A stretch of 64,000 nucleotides of DNA from Candidatus Micrarchaeia archaeon (GTDB lineage: Archaea; Micrarchaeota; Micrarchaeia; Anstonellales; Bilamarchaeaceae). Positions within the stretch are counted from its first letter, which is position 1, and each line of letters opens with the position of its first letter. Both the position numbers and the translations under genes were made by a program. Positions 29,696 through 37,844 of the stretch are shown here, in pieces. Below the pieces are notes generated by a model that was not told the DNA's origin, made no database searches, and saw only the letters and a list, made by a program, of their open reading frames with translations. The stretch is taken from NCBI GenBank assembly GCA_046538155.1, contig JBKHJL010000001.1, positions 426-64,425 on the forward strand, in the 5' to 3' direction.

Positions 29696-30406
29696 ATGAG
29701 CCTTGACTTTGCCCACATAGAGAAAACAAGCCTCCTTGATTATCCCCGGGAGGTTTGTTCAACTCTTTTCACTGTGGGGTGCAATTTCCGCTGCCCTTTT
29801 TGCCACAACCGTTTCCTGGTGGTTCCCGAAGAATTTCCCCCCCAGAGAATTTCCCCGGAGCAGGCCCTTTCAGAGCTCAGTAAGCGTAAGAGGTATGTTT
29901 CTGCCGCAACAATCACTGGAGGGGAGCCAACAATCCATGCAGACCTGCCATGGTTTATTTCTTCCCTTAAGGATGAGGGCATAAAAGTAAAACTGGATTC
30001 AAACGGCACCAATCCGGAAATGCTCAAAGAGCTTTATTCCAAGGAATTTTTGGATTATGTTGCCATGGATATAAAATCCTCGCTTGATTTCTACGAGGAA
30101 TCTGCAGGCACGGGTGTTGATATCTCAAAAATAAAAGAGAGCGTGGAGATCATCCGCAATTCCGGAATTCCCTACGAATTCCGGACAACCGTTGTCCCCG
30201 GTCTCCATGATCTGGAAAAGATGGAAGAGATTGGAAAGTGGCTGGAAGGCTCGGACTACTATGTGATACAGTCATTTTCTCCTGAAGGGGGCACGCTGGA
30301 AGACTCTTTTTCCCTTAGAAAGCCATTTGCTGACAAGGAACTGAATGCATTTGTTGATGCAGCGAAGCCCTATTTCAAGAAGGTAGTGTTAAGGACATAT
30401 TACTAA
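29696..30406 (+). CDS. nrdG: Anaerobic RNR activating radical SAM protein
   Basis: CNFRCPFC, TGGEPT, YEFRTT; follows nrdD. Confidence 0.93.
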   Translation: MSLDFAHIEKTSLLDYPREVCSTLFTVGCNFRCPFCHNRFLVVPEEFPPQRISPEQALSELSKRKRYVSAATITGGEPTIHADLPWFISSLKDEGIKVKLDSNGTNPEMLKELYSKEFLDYVAMDIKSSLDFYEESAGTGVDISKIKESVEIIRNSGIPYEFRTTVVPGLHDLEKMEEIGKWLEGSDYYVIQSFSPEGGTLEDSFSLRKPFADKELNAFVDAAKPYFKKVVLRTYY

Positions 30407-32004
30407 TCCTCATTCCTGAGCTTCAGCAACAACCTCCCCATTCTCAGAAGGGCAGAGTTTGCCTGTTCTATTGAATATGCCGCATCAACAAAAATGGTGC
30501 TGGTATAACTGGAAAGACTCTTGTCCGCAAGCCTCTTTATGTGGCTCCGGTAAGCCTTGTGTATAATTTTTTCAGTTTTTGCCCTCCTCTTTGTCATAGA
30601 CCGAAGTGTTTTTTTGTCCATTTTCCATCCTTTCTCAACAATTTTTCCACTTATATCATCAAACCCTTTCTTTATCTCATCCAGTTCTTCCACTGCTTCG
30701 GGAATCAGGTATTCCCCTCTGTCATCAAGTTTTACAGCAAGCTTTGCAAATTCTTTGCTCAGGTCCCCCATCTGCTCAACCTTGTTTGCTAGTCTTGCCA
30801 GTATGATTATGTCTTCTGACTGCCCAGGGGTCAGCCTCCGCTCCGAGAGGTCCACCAGAACCTCTGAAATTCTCTCCTCAAGATGGTCAATGAGGGTTTC
30901 CAGCTTATTCACCTTCATCATTTTGTTCGCTTTTGCCGCCCTTAGCATCCCATAGGAGAGATAGAAGGATTCCCGCATAAACTCCATCTGCCGCTGCAGC
31001 TCTTTTTCAACCGCCCTTATCGCACTGTCATTTTTCTTGGGTATTTTTTCAATGTACTTGGTTTTGAAGAGTATTTCTTTTTCCTTCCCCGGCACCATCT
31101 TTTCGGTAATCTTTATTACCGGGCCAAGCAGCAGCAGAAATACGACTGCAGTTGTCACGTTAAATATGGTATGGGCATTTGCAATCATCTGTCCCCCGTT
31201 CCCTCCCAATCCTTCCACAAATCCGGTAAAGGGCACCAGCAGAGGTATGAATACGAGAACTCCGCAGATGTTGAATATTGCATGGGCTGCAGCCGTCCTT
31301 TTTGCAAACAGCTCCATTCTCCATACGGAAAGCAATGCAGTGGAAGTAGTTCCTAGATTGGCCCCCATTATTATGGGCAGTGCTGTTCCAAGCCCGAGCA
31401 GTCCTTCCGCACCCAGTACAACCACAATCCCTGTAGTCGCGGAACTTGACTGCAGTACCATTGTGAGTATTGCCCCTGCGATTATCCCCAACAGTGGATT
31501 CTTCAGTTTAGCCAGCATGTCCAGCATTTCGGAGTTCGTTTTAAGCGGGGCAACGGCCTCGGAAAGGAACCCGATTGCAAGAAAGAGGAATCCAAAATAG
31601 AAAATTGTTTTTCCCAGGAATTTATATTTTCCTCCCACAAACCCCAGAACAAAACCTAACACGATAAAAAATGGGGCAAGCGCTGCAAAGTTGAAGGCAA
31701 TCAGTTGCGCAGTTACAGTAGTCCCCACATTCGCCCCTGCAATTATCCCCAGGCTCTGAGCAAAGGAGATTATCCCCGCATTTACCAGTCCCACAGTAAT
31801 TACTGTTGTTGCGGTGCTGGACTGGATTGCTGCAGTTGTTGCTGCCCCGGTAAGTGCCCCCATCCATCTGTTCTTAGTGAGTTTCTGGAGTACTTTCCTG
31901 AGTCTTTCGCTGGCTATTTTCTGCAGCTCCCTGCTGAGGTGCTCTATCCCATATACAAACAGCACAATTGCAGCAAGCAGACCCATAAAGGATTCAAACT
32001 CCAT
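30403..32004 (-). CDS. Na/Pi cotransporter family protein with a PhoU-like C-terminus
   Basis: Two QSS(T/S)A repeats and two GAN(V/L)GTT motifs; start taken at MEFESF. Confidence 0.9.
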   Translation of the reverse strand: MEFESFMGLLAAIVLFVYGIEHLSRELQKIASERLRKVLQKLTKNRWMGALTGAATTAAIQSSTATTVITVGLVNAGIISFAQSLGIIAGANVGTTVTAQLIAFNFAALAPFFIVLGFVLGFVGGKYKFLGKTIFYFGFLFLAIGFLSEAVAPLKTNSEMLDMLAKLKNPLLGIIAGAILTMVLQSSSATTGIVVVLGAEGLLGLGTALPIIMGANLGTTSTALLSVWRMELFAKRTAAAHAIFNICGVLVFIPLLVPFTGFVEGLGGNGGQMIANAHTIFNVTTAVVFLLLLGPVIKITEKMVPGKEKEILFKTKYIEKIPKKNDSAIRAVEKELQRQMEFMRESFYLSYGMLRAAKANKMMKVNKLETLIDHLEERISEVLVDLSERRLTPGQSEDIIILARLANKVEQMGDLSKEFAKLAVKLDDRGEYLIPEAVEELDEIKKGFDDISGKIVEKGWKMDKKTLRSMTKRRAKTEKIIHKAYRSHIKRLADKSLSSYTSTIFVDAAYSIEQANSALLRMGRLLLKLRNED

Positions 32005-32064
32005 CAGAAATCTATTTCCAATCACCCTTTTATTTCTTGCTCCCCCCAGTTCCATGGGTGGAAA

Positions 32065-32418
32065 ATGAAAATCCCCGTATTCCTGGCTATAGCTTCTGTG
32101 TTCCTTCTTTCAGGCTGTCCCAGCCAGGAGCCTTCTGAGTCAACACCACTGGAGATAAACAGCTTTGAGGAATGTGCTGCGGCAGGCTATCCGGTGATGG
32201 AGTCCTATCCTGAAAGGTGTAATGCTCCGGGAGTTGGAACATTCACCCGTGTCCTTTCCGATGAGGAATGCCAGAATGCAGATATAGATTATTGTTTTGC
32301 AACCTGCAGGGTATGCCCTCCCTGCCCGGAATGCAGTTCCCTGGGTTGCAGGAGCGCTGAATTCTGCGAGAGCATGGGGTTCACTGAAGAATGGCATGAG
32401 TCCATAAAAGCAGATTAG
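32065..32418 (+). CDS. Small Cys-rich lipoprotein
   Basis: MKIPVFLAIASVFLLSGC lipobox, INSFEECAAAGYPVMESYPERC. Confidence 0.8.
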   Translation: MKIPVFLAIASVFLLSGCPSQEPSESTPLEINSFEECAAAGYPVMESYPERCNAPGVGTFTRVLSDEECQNADIDYCFATCRVCPPCPECSSLGCRSAEFCESMGFTEEWHESIKAD

Positions 32419-32461
32419 CGCATCGCGCTTCCTTTTTATCCCTTCCCCCACCCAATACGCA

Positions 32462-32637
32462 TGCAGATGATGACAAAGGTGATCACCGAGCCAGGCCCTA
32501 AGCCAGCTGCCGCATATGATGTCAATCATTGCTGTACAGGAGATAGCCTCCGGCCACGGCCAACCGGGCTGGTTTCCAGTTCCGGGTTTCCGGTTTCGGC
32601 CGGGAATGCGATGACGAGTGACGTGCGGTCTGATGCA
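32462..32637 (+). ncRNA. Predicted long box C/D sRNA
   Basis: TGCA stem; C box ATGATGA 32467-73; 12-nt guide; D' CCGA 32486-89; C' ATGACGA 32611-17; 12-nt guide; D CTGA 32630-33; closing TGCA; TTTTAT about 25 nt upstream. Confidence 0.7.
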
Positions 32638-32670
32638 CATAATGTTTCGGGTTCCGGGTTTTCAGTTTCG
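32572..32670 (+). repeat. Two blocks of four tandem GTTYCSR-like heptamers flanking the left att core
   Basis: gtttcca gttccgg gtttccg gtttcgg (32572-32599) and gtttcgg gttccgg gttttca gtttcg (32644-32670). Confidence 0.75.
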
Positions 32671-32781
32671 TCGTTTTCCGTTCTGATTCGCCTCTGGCGA
32701 ATTCTCTTGAGGCAAGCTCAAGATCCGGGTTTTGGGGGCAGGGATGGGAGTGCTGAAAATAATCTGTGCCAGACCCGGGAG

Positions 32782-33706
32782 TTGTCTGTTTCGGGTTCTG
32801 AGAAACCTTCGGTTTCTTCTGTTGAGCAGAGCTCAACATCCGCGTTTCGGACCCGGAAAGAAGCCCAGGCCCAAATACGGAAAGACTGGAAACGGATAAA
32901 AAAAGAGCTGGATTTCCTTGCGCGCTATGCTTCCAAGGACAAGCTTGCCGAAGCCATAACCCTCTTCTCGGAAGGCAGGAAATCCCGCTTCCTGCGCAGG
33001 AGAACCCCTAAATACGGCTCCATGAACAAGGGCTTCACCAACGAAGAATTACAGAAATTCTTCAATGCAGCGGACGACCCGCGGATGCACCTCCTGTTCA
33101 GCTACCAGGCCATTTTGGGGCTTCGGATAGGCGAAGCCGTCCGCATCCACATCAAGGACATCAACCTCAAAACAAGGGAACTCAGGATAGAAACTGAGAA
33201 GGCCAAAACTCTGGACTTCCTGCTCATCCCTGAGCAGCTGTTCAACGCCACCCTGAGCTACATCCACAACTCCGAAACCGAAATCACGAATGCGGGCGGC
33301 TACCTCTTCTTTGCAGAAAACCGCCACCTCTCCATAAGCTACGCAAGGCAGAAATTCAACCAATACATAAGGAAGGCAAGGCTCTACGAAACCTACGGCT
33401 TTTCCAACGACCCGAAACCCAGAACCCTATGCCATCCCGAAGCGCAGAAATAGCCGGCTTCGCCGCCTGCACTTCGGAATGTCAACCCGTCTCACAACCC
33501 ACAGCCTGCGCCACTACGCAATTACCAACCACTCCAAGAAAAACAACGGAAACGTCGTCCTTGTAAACAAGTTCGCCCGCCACCGCAGGCTCCAGACCAC
33601 AATGGTTTACATTTACACGAACAAGGAGGAACTTTACCGGAGCATCGAGCGCGCCCAGGACACGAAACTCCTGAACAGGATTAGGCGGATGCAGGAGGGG
33701 ATTTGA
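32782..33706 (+). pseudogene. Tyrosine recombinase/integrase interrupted by a hairpin insertion (start uncertain)
   Basis: GLRIGEA and EK in the first ORF; HSLRH, ARH and TTMVY in the +1-frame ORF 33479-33706. Confidence 0.85.
33430..33484. repeat. 55-nt imperfect hairpin inserted in the integrase gene
   Basis: Arms tgccatcccgaagcgcag / ctgcacttcggaatgtca pair at 15 of 18 positions; inner cggc-ttc-gccg hairpin. Confidence 0.75.
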
Positions 33707-33785
33707 AGCTCGCCGAAACCAAAACACCGGAAAGCTGGCGGGAGCAGCTTTTTATGTAATTGCAGAGAGAATACTGCAGTTCATT

Positions 33786-34427
33786 ATGTACATCGCGATA
33801 GATTCCTCAAACCAACTGCTCTACACAGGGATAATTTCTGGAAGGGAGAAGGACATTGATGCACTTTACAAGGAATTTGAACAGATATTCAGCAAGAACA
33901 ACGTGGCGGGAAAATACCACTGGAGCAAACTGTCCAAGAAAACCAGGGACAAGCTGAAAAAGCCCCTTATCCAGGCATTGAAAAACACCTCCAGAGTGAA
34001 TCTAAATATTGTGCAGCACAGGAAGCCCCAGAAAAGCGAGAAAAAAGATTGGTACGTGTATTACCTGCCAGCGAAGATAGCCCAACGGCTCGAGCGCTGG
34101 CTCGAAAAAACAAGAGGGCACGTAGACATCATCGTCGACAATGATTACAACGTGGTGCGCGGAGGAGATGGAACGAAGAATTTCATTGAAAGCCTGTTGA
34201 GGCAGCTCGGAGTCCGCCTTACCGGAAAGGAAGTAACGGTAAGGAGGGAGAGAGGAATACTCAAGGCAACGATAAAGCACGCGAACGGGCGAATCCTGAA
34301 CATATTCGGTTCGGTTGCGAACAAAGGAACGAAAGGCCTTCACCTGGTTGACGTTTATCTTGGTTTGTATCTGTCAGATAAGAAGGCATTTGAAAAGCTC
34401 AAGAATGTATATTTCCTAGAAATATAA
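33786..34427 (+). CDS. DUF3800-like (RNase H-like fold) protein
   Basis: MYIAIDSS start, HW, IIVD and GLHLVD recall the DUF3800 DES / H / D / QLAD pattern. Confidence 0.6.
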   Translation: MYIAIDSSNQLLYTGIISGREKDIDALYKEFEQIFSKNNVAGKYHWSKLSKKTRDKLKKPLIQALKNTSRVNLNIVQHRKPQKSEKKDWYVYYLPAKIAQRLERWLEKTRGHVDIIVDNDYNVVRGGDGTKNFIESLLRQLGVRLTGKEVTVRRERGILKATIKHANGRILNIFGSVANKGTKGLHLVDVYLGLYLSDKKAFEKLKNVYFLEI

Positions 34428-34429
34428 AG

Positions 34430-34515
34430 ATACCACCTTTTACGGCGGTGGTGAGTTTTCGGGCGTTTCGAAGGCCACGTCCCCAAGGGATCCTACCTCC
34501 AGAAACTACGACTCC
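34430..34515. ncRNA. Predicted structured RNA abutting the DUF3800-like gene
   Basis: Stems accacc/ggtggt, agttttcgg/ccagaaact, gggcgt/acgtcc, tccc/ggga in a GC-rich island; minus-strand TTTTTAAG at 34537-34544. Confidence 0.5.
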
Positions 34516-34693
34516 GAAAATATTCCGAACTAAAAGCTTAAAAAGTTAACTCTTTTTCCACAAATTACACCATTCTAACATAGCTATCCAAAAACTTTAG
34601 ATTGGAAAACAAGTTCAATTCCCTGAACTTAAGCTCAACCAATACCTATTTAAACATTACTAACCATAAATAATAACTAATAATGGTGAAAAT

Positions 34694-35521
34694 ATGGCAC
34701 AAGCAGCAAGAAAGCTACATATGAAAACAACCAGGTTTGAGCTTAATGGCAAGCCTGTTACTGTAGGCGTATTAAGGAAATTCAGTGACAGGGAAAGAAT
34801 TCCACTTTTGGAAGCCCCCGGAGCAGTAAAGGCTGCAAATGCAGAATATGGAACCAACCTCAGGCTTATCAGCCACAAGGTATTGAATCATCTGCTCACT
34901 AAAACCGATAACTGGAGGGAAATCCGCGAGGTTTTCCCGTGTCCTGCCGGAGAAGGCCTGGCATACGAAAAAGCAGGCACCAAGCTGGGAAACCAGATAG
35001 TTTTTGCTGAAGAAGGCGAGCCAAGGGTAGTTATTTCCACTGGAAAATACAAGGGGGAGAAAGGAATCGCCCTTGTAGTTCCTGAGTTGACTGCTGATGA
35101 CATTCAAAAAGATGGAAAAGACATAGTAATTGCTGTTCCTGACACCAGGTTGGTTGTTGTTCCAGAATTTCCTTCTGAAGATGAGTGGTACATGCCACAT
35201 GAAGAAACAGGAATTCCAAGTGGCAAAAAGGTTGAGTATTCTAGTGAAGCTAGGCATCTTTGGAGAAGGGGCTCTTCATATGTGGGCCTTCCGGTCCGCT
35301 ACGACTTCTACTACTACGACAACAGGCAGGACGTCTTTGCCGGCGTCCTGCCGCACGACGTTCTCGGGGTGGCAGTTGAAGTCCCCGCAGGGGACGCCGC
35401 AAAAATTGAAGGCCCCAGGCAACTGAGCGTCTCCCAGGATGGCGAGAGGCTTATCGTGGAAGGCACTCCAGAGCAGCTTGAGGCCGCCCCAAAAGTGCTT
35501 AACCAGCTCAAAGAGCAGTAA
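34694..35521 (+). CDS. Putative DGR target (variable) protein
   Basis: SYVGLPVRYDFYYYDNRQDVFAGVLPHDVLGVAVE segment with a run of NNC codons, followed by a GTCCCC-GCA-GGGGAC hairpin; GGTGA SD. Confidence 0.65.
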   Translation: MAQAARKLHMKTTRFELNGKPVTVGVLRKFSDRERIPLLEAPGAVKAANAEYGTNLRLISHKVLNHLLTKTDNWREIREVFPCPAGEGLAYEKAGTKLGNQIVFAEEGEPRVVISTGKYKGEKGIALVVPELTADDIQKDGKDIVIAVPDTRLVVVPEFPSEDEWYMPHEETGIPSGKKVEYSSEARHLWRRGSSYVGLPVRYDFYYYDNRQDVFAGVLPHDVLGVAVEVPAGDAAKIEGPRQLSVSQDGERLIVEGTPEQLEAAPKVLNQLKEQ

Positions 35522-35729
35522 TCATTACTTTTTTTATCCTTTTCATTTCTAGTTCTAATCCCGGGTGCAAGCCTGGGCCACACACCCATCTGCAGTGCTG
35601 GGAGCTTATTTAAGCGAGCCAGACATGAAATTCAACAGCAACAGTTAGTAGATTATACCAATTGAACGCATGAAGCTGTGGTGCCGGCTCGGAGAGTTTT
35701 TGGTTGCCGGTTTCGAAGTTTAAAAATTT

Positions 35730-35756
35730 CAAAACGGAAAACCCAAAACACGAAAC
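35730..35756 (-). repeat. Inverted copy of the heptamer block inside the right end of the element
   Basis: Reverse complement matches 32644-32670 at 22 of 27 positions. Confidence 0.75.
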
Positions 35757-35819
35757 CTGCGCCAGCAGTGACGTGCGGTCTGATACACAAATAAACCTAA
35801 CTGGAGAAACGGGTTCTGC

Positions 35820-37322
35820 ATGCTGTTCACAGAGGCGCTCAATAAAATACGCGAAGGCGCAGACCTGGAAATAAACCCTTCGTTTGAAAGGCTCAGGGAA
35901 CTTTCCTTAACTGAAAATCCCCAAGAAACAATCTACGGAAGCTTAGTGTACAAAACCAGGATTAAAGGAAGGAGCGCCAAACTCACCGAAATCGTGGAAG
36001 GCGAGCCCACCCAGGAACAAAAGGAAACAATCCAGAAGGTTGCAGAACACCTCCAGGGAAAAAAGCTCATTCAAATCGATAGGAAGATGTGCCTCAGGAA
36101 TCCATTCCACTGCCGCGCATATATATCAGAAGCCTACGCACATCTAGCATACCTGTGGGGAAGGATGCTTTTCGACCCGGAACAGGGAAAGGAGCCGGAT
36201 TTTACCAGTGTCCAAGTCCCCGAATGGCCCGAAACCAAGATAATTGCAGACCCAAAAACCTGCACCACATTCATCCTGGGCTCAGATTATACAGGAGAGC
36301 TGAAAAAAGCAAACCTGCGCATGGCCATGTACCGCACCAAGCAGGCAGGAGGGCTTGGTTTGCACGCAGGTTCAAAGGTTCTCAAAGTACTTACTAATGA
36401 AGGCAAGCTTGAGGAAAAAGGAGTGCTCCTTTTTGGATTAAGCGCAACCGGGAAAACAACCCTCACCTGCCACCACCACTGGCTAAATAAAGAAAAAGGA
36501 GAGGGAACAATCATCAGGCAGGATGACGTAGTATTAATGCAGAAGGATTCCTATTGCAGGGGCACGGAAGACAATTTTTACATAAAAACAGATGCACTGG
36601 AGCCGGAAGACCAGCCAATCCTTTACAAGGCAGCAAGGAGCAGGAATGCCCTCCTTGAAAATGTAAAGGCCCTGGACAACGGGGAGATGGATTTTTTTGA
36701 TGATTCAATCACCACAAATGGGCGCGCGGTGGTGCTCCGCTCTGAAATGGAGGACACAAACAAGGATATTGACCTCCCCCAAACCCACATGATAATCTTC
36801 CTCACAAGGAGGGACACGATAATCCCCCCGGTTGCAAAATTAACTAATGAGCAGGCCGCAGCATTCTTCATGCTTGGAGAATCAATGGGGAGCGCAGCAT
36901 CAGATGTTTCCCCGGGAAAGCCCAGGAGGGTAGTTGGCACAAACCCCTTCATAATAGGCTCAGAGGAAGAAGAGGGAAACCGATTCTATGAGCTTATCAG
37001 CGCAAACCCGCACCTGGACTGCTATTTCCTGAACACAGGAAGAGTAGGAAGGAACGATGGCCCGGGAGAAAAAATAACGGTGCACGATTCCGCCACCATA
37101 ATCAAGGAAATCGCAAGAGGCACAGTAGAATGGAAAAAGGACCCGGACTGGGGCTACGAAATACTGGACAGCGCCCCGGAGGTGGAACTCTCCAAATTCC
37201 ACCCGGAAAAGCACTATACAAAAGAGCAATACGCAAAACTGGTGGAAGAACTAAGGAAAGAAAGAATGGACTGGCTCTCCCGGTTCAAAAAACTCCGCCC
37301 GGAAATAAAGAACGCAATCTGA
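35820..37322 (+). CDS. pckA: Phosphoenolpyruvate carboxykinase (ATP-dependent family)
   Basis: YTGELKK, LHAG, FGLSATGKTTL, QDD, YIKT, NGRA, FLNTG. Confidence 0.88.
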   Translation: MLFTEALNKIREGADLEINPSFERLRELSLTENPQETIYGSLVYKTRIKGRSAKLTEIVEGEPTQEQKETIQKVAEHLQGKKLIQIDRKMCLRNPFHCRAYISEAYAHLAYLWGRMLFDPEQGKEPDFTSVQVPEWPETKIIADPKTCTTFILGSDYTGELKKANLRMAMYRTKQAGGLGLHAGSKVLKVLTNEGKLEEKGVLLFGLSATGKTTLTCHHHWLNKEKGEGTIIRQDDVVLMQKDSYCRGTEDNFYIKTDALEPEDQPILYKAARSRNALLENVKALDNGEMDFFDDSITTNGRAVVLRSEMEDTNKDIDLPQTHMIIFLTRRDTIIPPVAKLTNEQAAAFFMLGESMGSAASDVSPGKPRRVVGTNPFIIGSEEEEGNRFYELISANPHLDCYFLNTGRVGRNDGPGEKITVHDSATIIKEIARGTVEWKKDPDWGYEILDSAPEVELSKFHPEKHYTKEQYAKLVEELRKERMDWLSRFKKLRPEIKNAI

Positions 37323-37363
37323 AGAATCAAAACCCATTTATTCCTTTTTCATGAAGTATTCCC

Positions 37364-37840
37364 ATGGACCTTAAAGAGGCAGGAAAGCTCATCCTTGCAA
37401 TAATACTCTGCAACCTTGCAGGGGCAATTGGCTCAATATTCACGTTTTCTGCAATCCCAACCTGGTATGCAACATTAATCAAGCCGGAATTCAACCCGCC
37501 GAACTGGATTTTCGGCCCGGTCTGGACCGCTCTTTATGTATTGATGGGCATCTCCCTCTACCTAATCTGGAAACAATACGAAAAGGGGAAAAATGCAAAA
37601 ACCGCGCTCACAATCTTCTCAGTGCAGTGGGTACTTAATGCGCTCTGGTCGTTTCTTTTCTTCGGGCTCCAGTCCCCCCTGTATGGGCTCCTCTGCATAA
37701 TCCCATTATGGATTTCAATTGCTGTAATGATAGCAAAATTCTACCCGCTCTCAAAAAATGCAGCCCTTCTGCAAATCCCCTATCTGCTCTGGGTTTCTTT
37801 TGCAACAGTGCTGAACGCTTCGATCTGGGTGCTGAATTAG
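37364..37840 (+). CDS. tspO: TspO/MBR family protein
   Basis: WYATLIKPEFNPPNWIFGPVWT, LNALWS, PYLLWVSFA..LN. Confidence 0.93.
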   Translation: MDLKEAGKLILAIILCNLAGAIGSIFTFSAIPTWYATLIKPEFNPPNWIFGPVWTALYVLMGISLYLIWKQYEKGKNAKTALTIFSVQWVLNALWSFLFFGLQSPLYGLLCIIPLWISIAVMIAKFYPLSKNAALLQIPYLLWVSFATVLNASIWVLN

Positions 37841-37844
37841 GAAC

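Larger units (their letters stand above)
32617..35789. mobile_element. Small integrative element bounded by 23-bp direct repeats
   Basis: AGTGACGTGCGGTCTGAT(G/A)CACA at 32617-32639 and 35767-35789; tyrosine integrase next to the left repeat; subterminal inverted repeats. Confidence 0.85.

Noticed and set aside
32521..32567. U3-like pairing of the sRNA insert to the 16S 5' end (tccggc...caaccgg) and central pseudoknot (gtcaat)
   Set aside because: Matches are only 6-7 nt, interrupted, and the same bases form internal hairpins; not distinguishable from chance
32461..32640. TIGR-like or CRISPR-like guide array
   Set aside because: Only one C/D'/C'/D unit, no periodic repeats, and no Nop-domain or Cas gene nearby; no CRISPR array seen anywhere in the window
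32461..32780. N-terminal ~105 codons of the 330 aa integrase ORF as real protein
   Set aside because: Low-complexity Ser/Gly translation of the sRNA, att core and heptamer repeats; better explained as non-coding sequence that happens to be open
33423..33490. Hairpin as an integron attC site or BHB intron
   Set aside because: No RYYYAAC/GTTRRRY ends, no cassette array, and no clear bulge-helix-bulge at the junctions
35545..35590. tRNA 3'-half remnant (cccgggtgcaagcctggg...ccca)
   Set aside because: Stem and loop sizes do not fit a T-arm, and no acceptor or D arm is present; no tRNA gene recognised in the window
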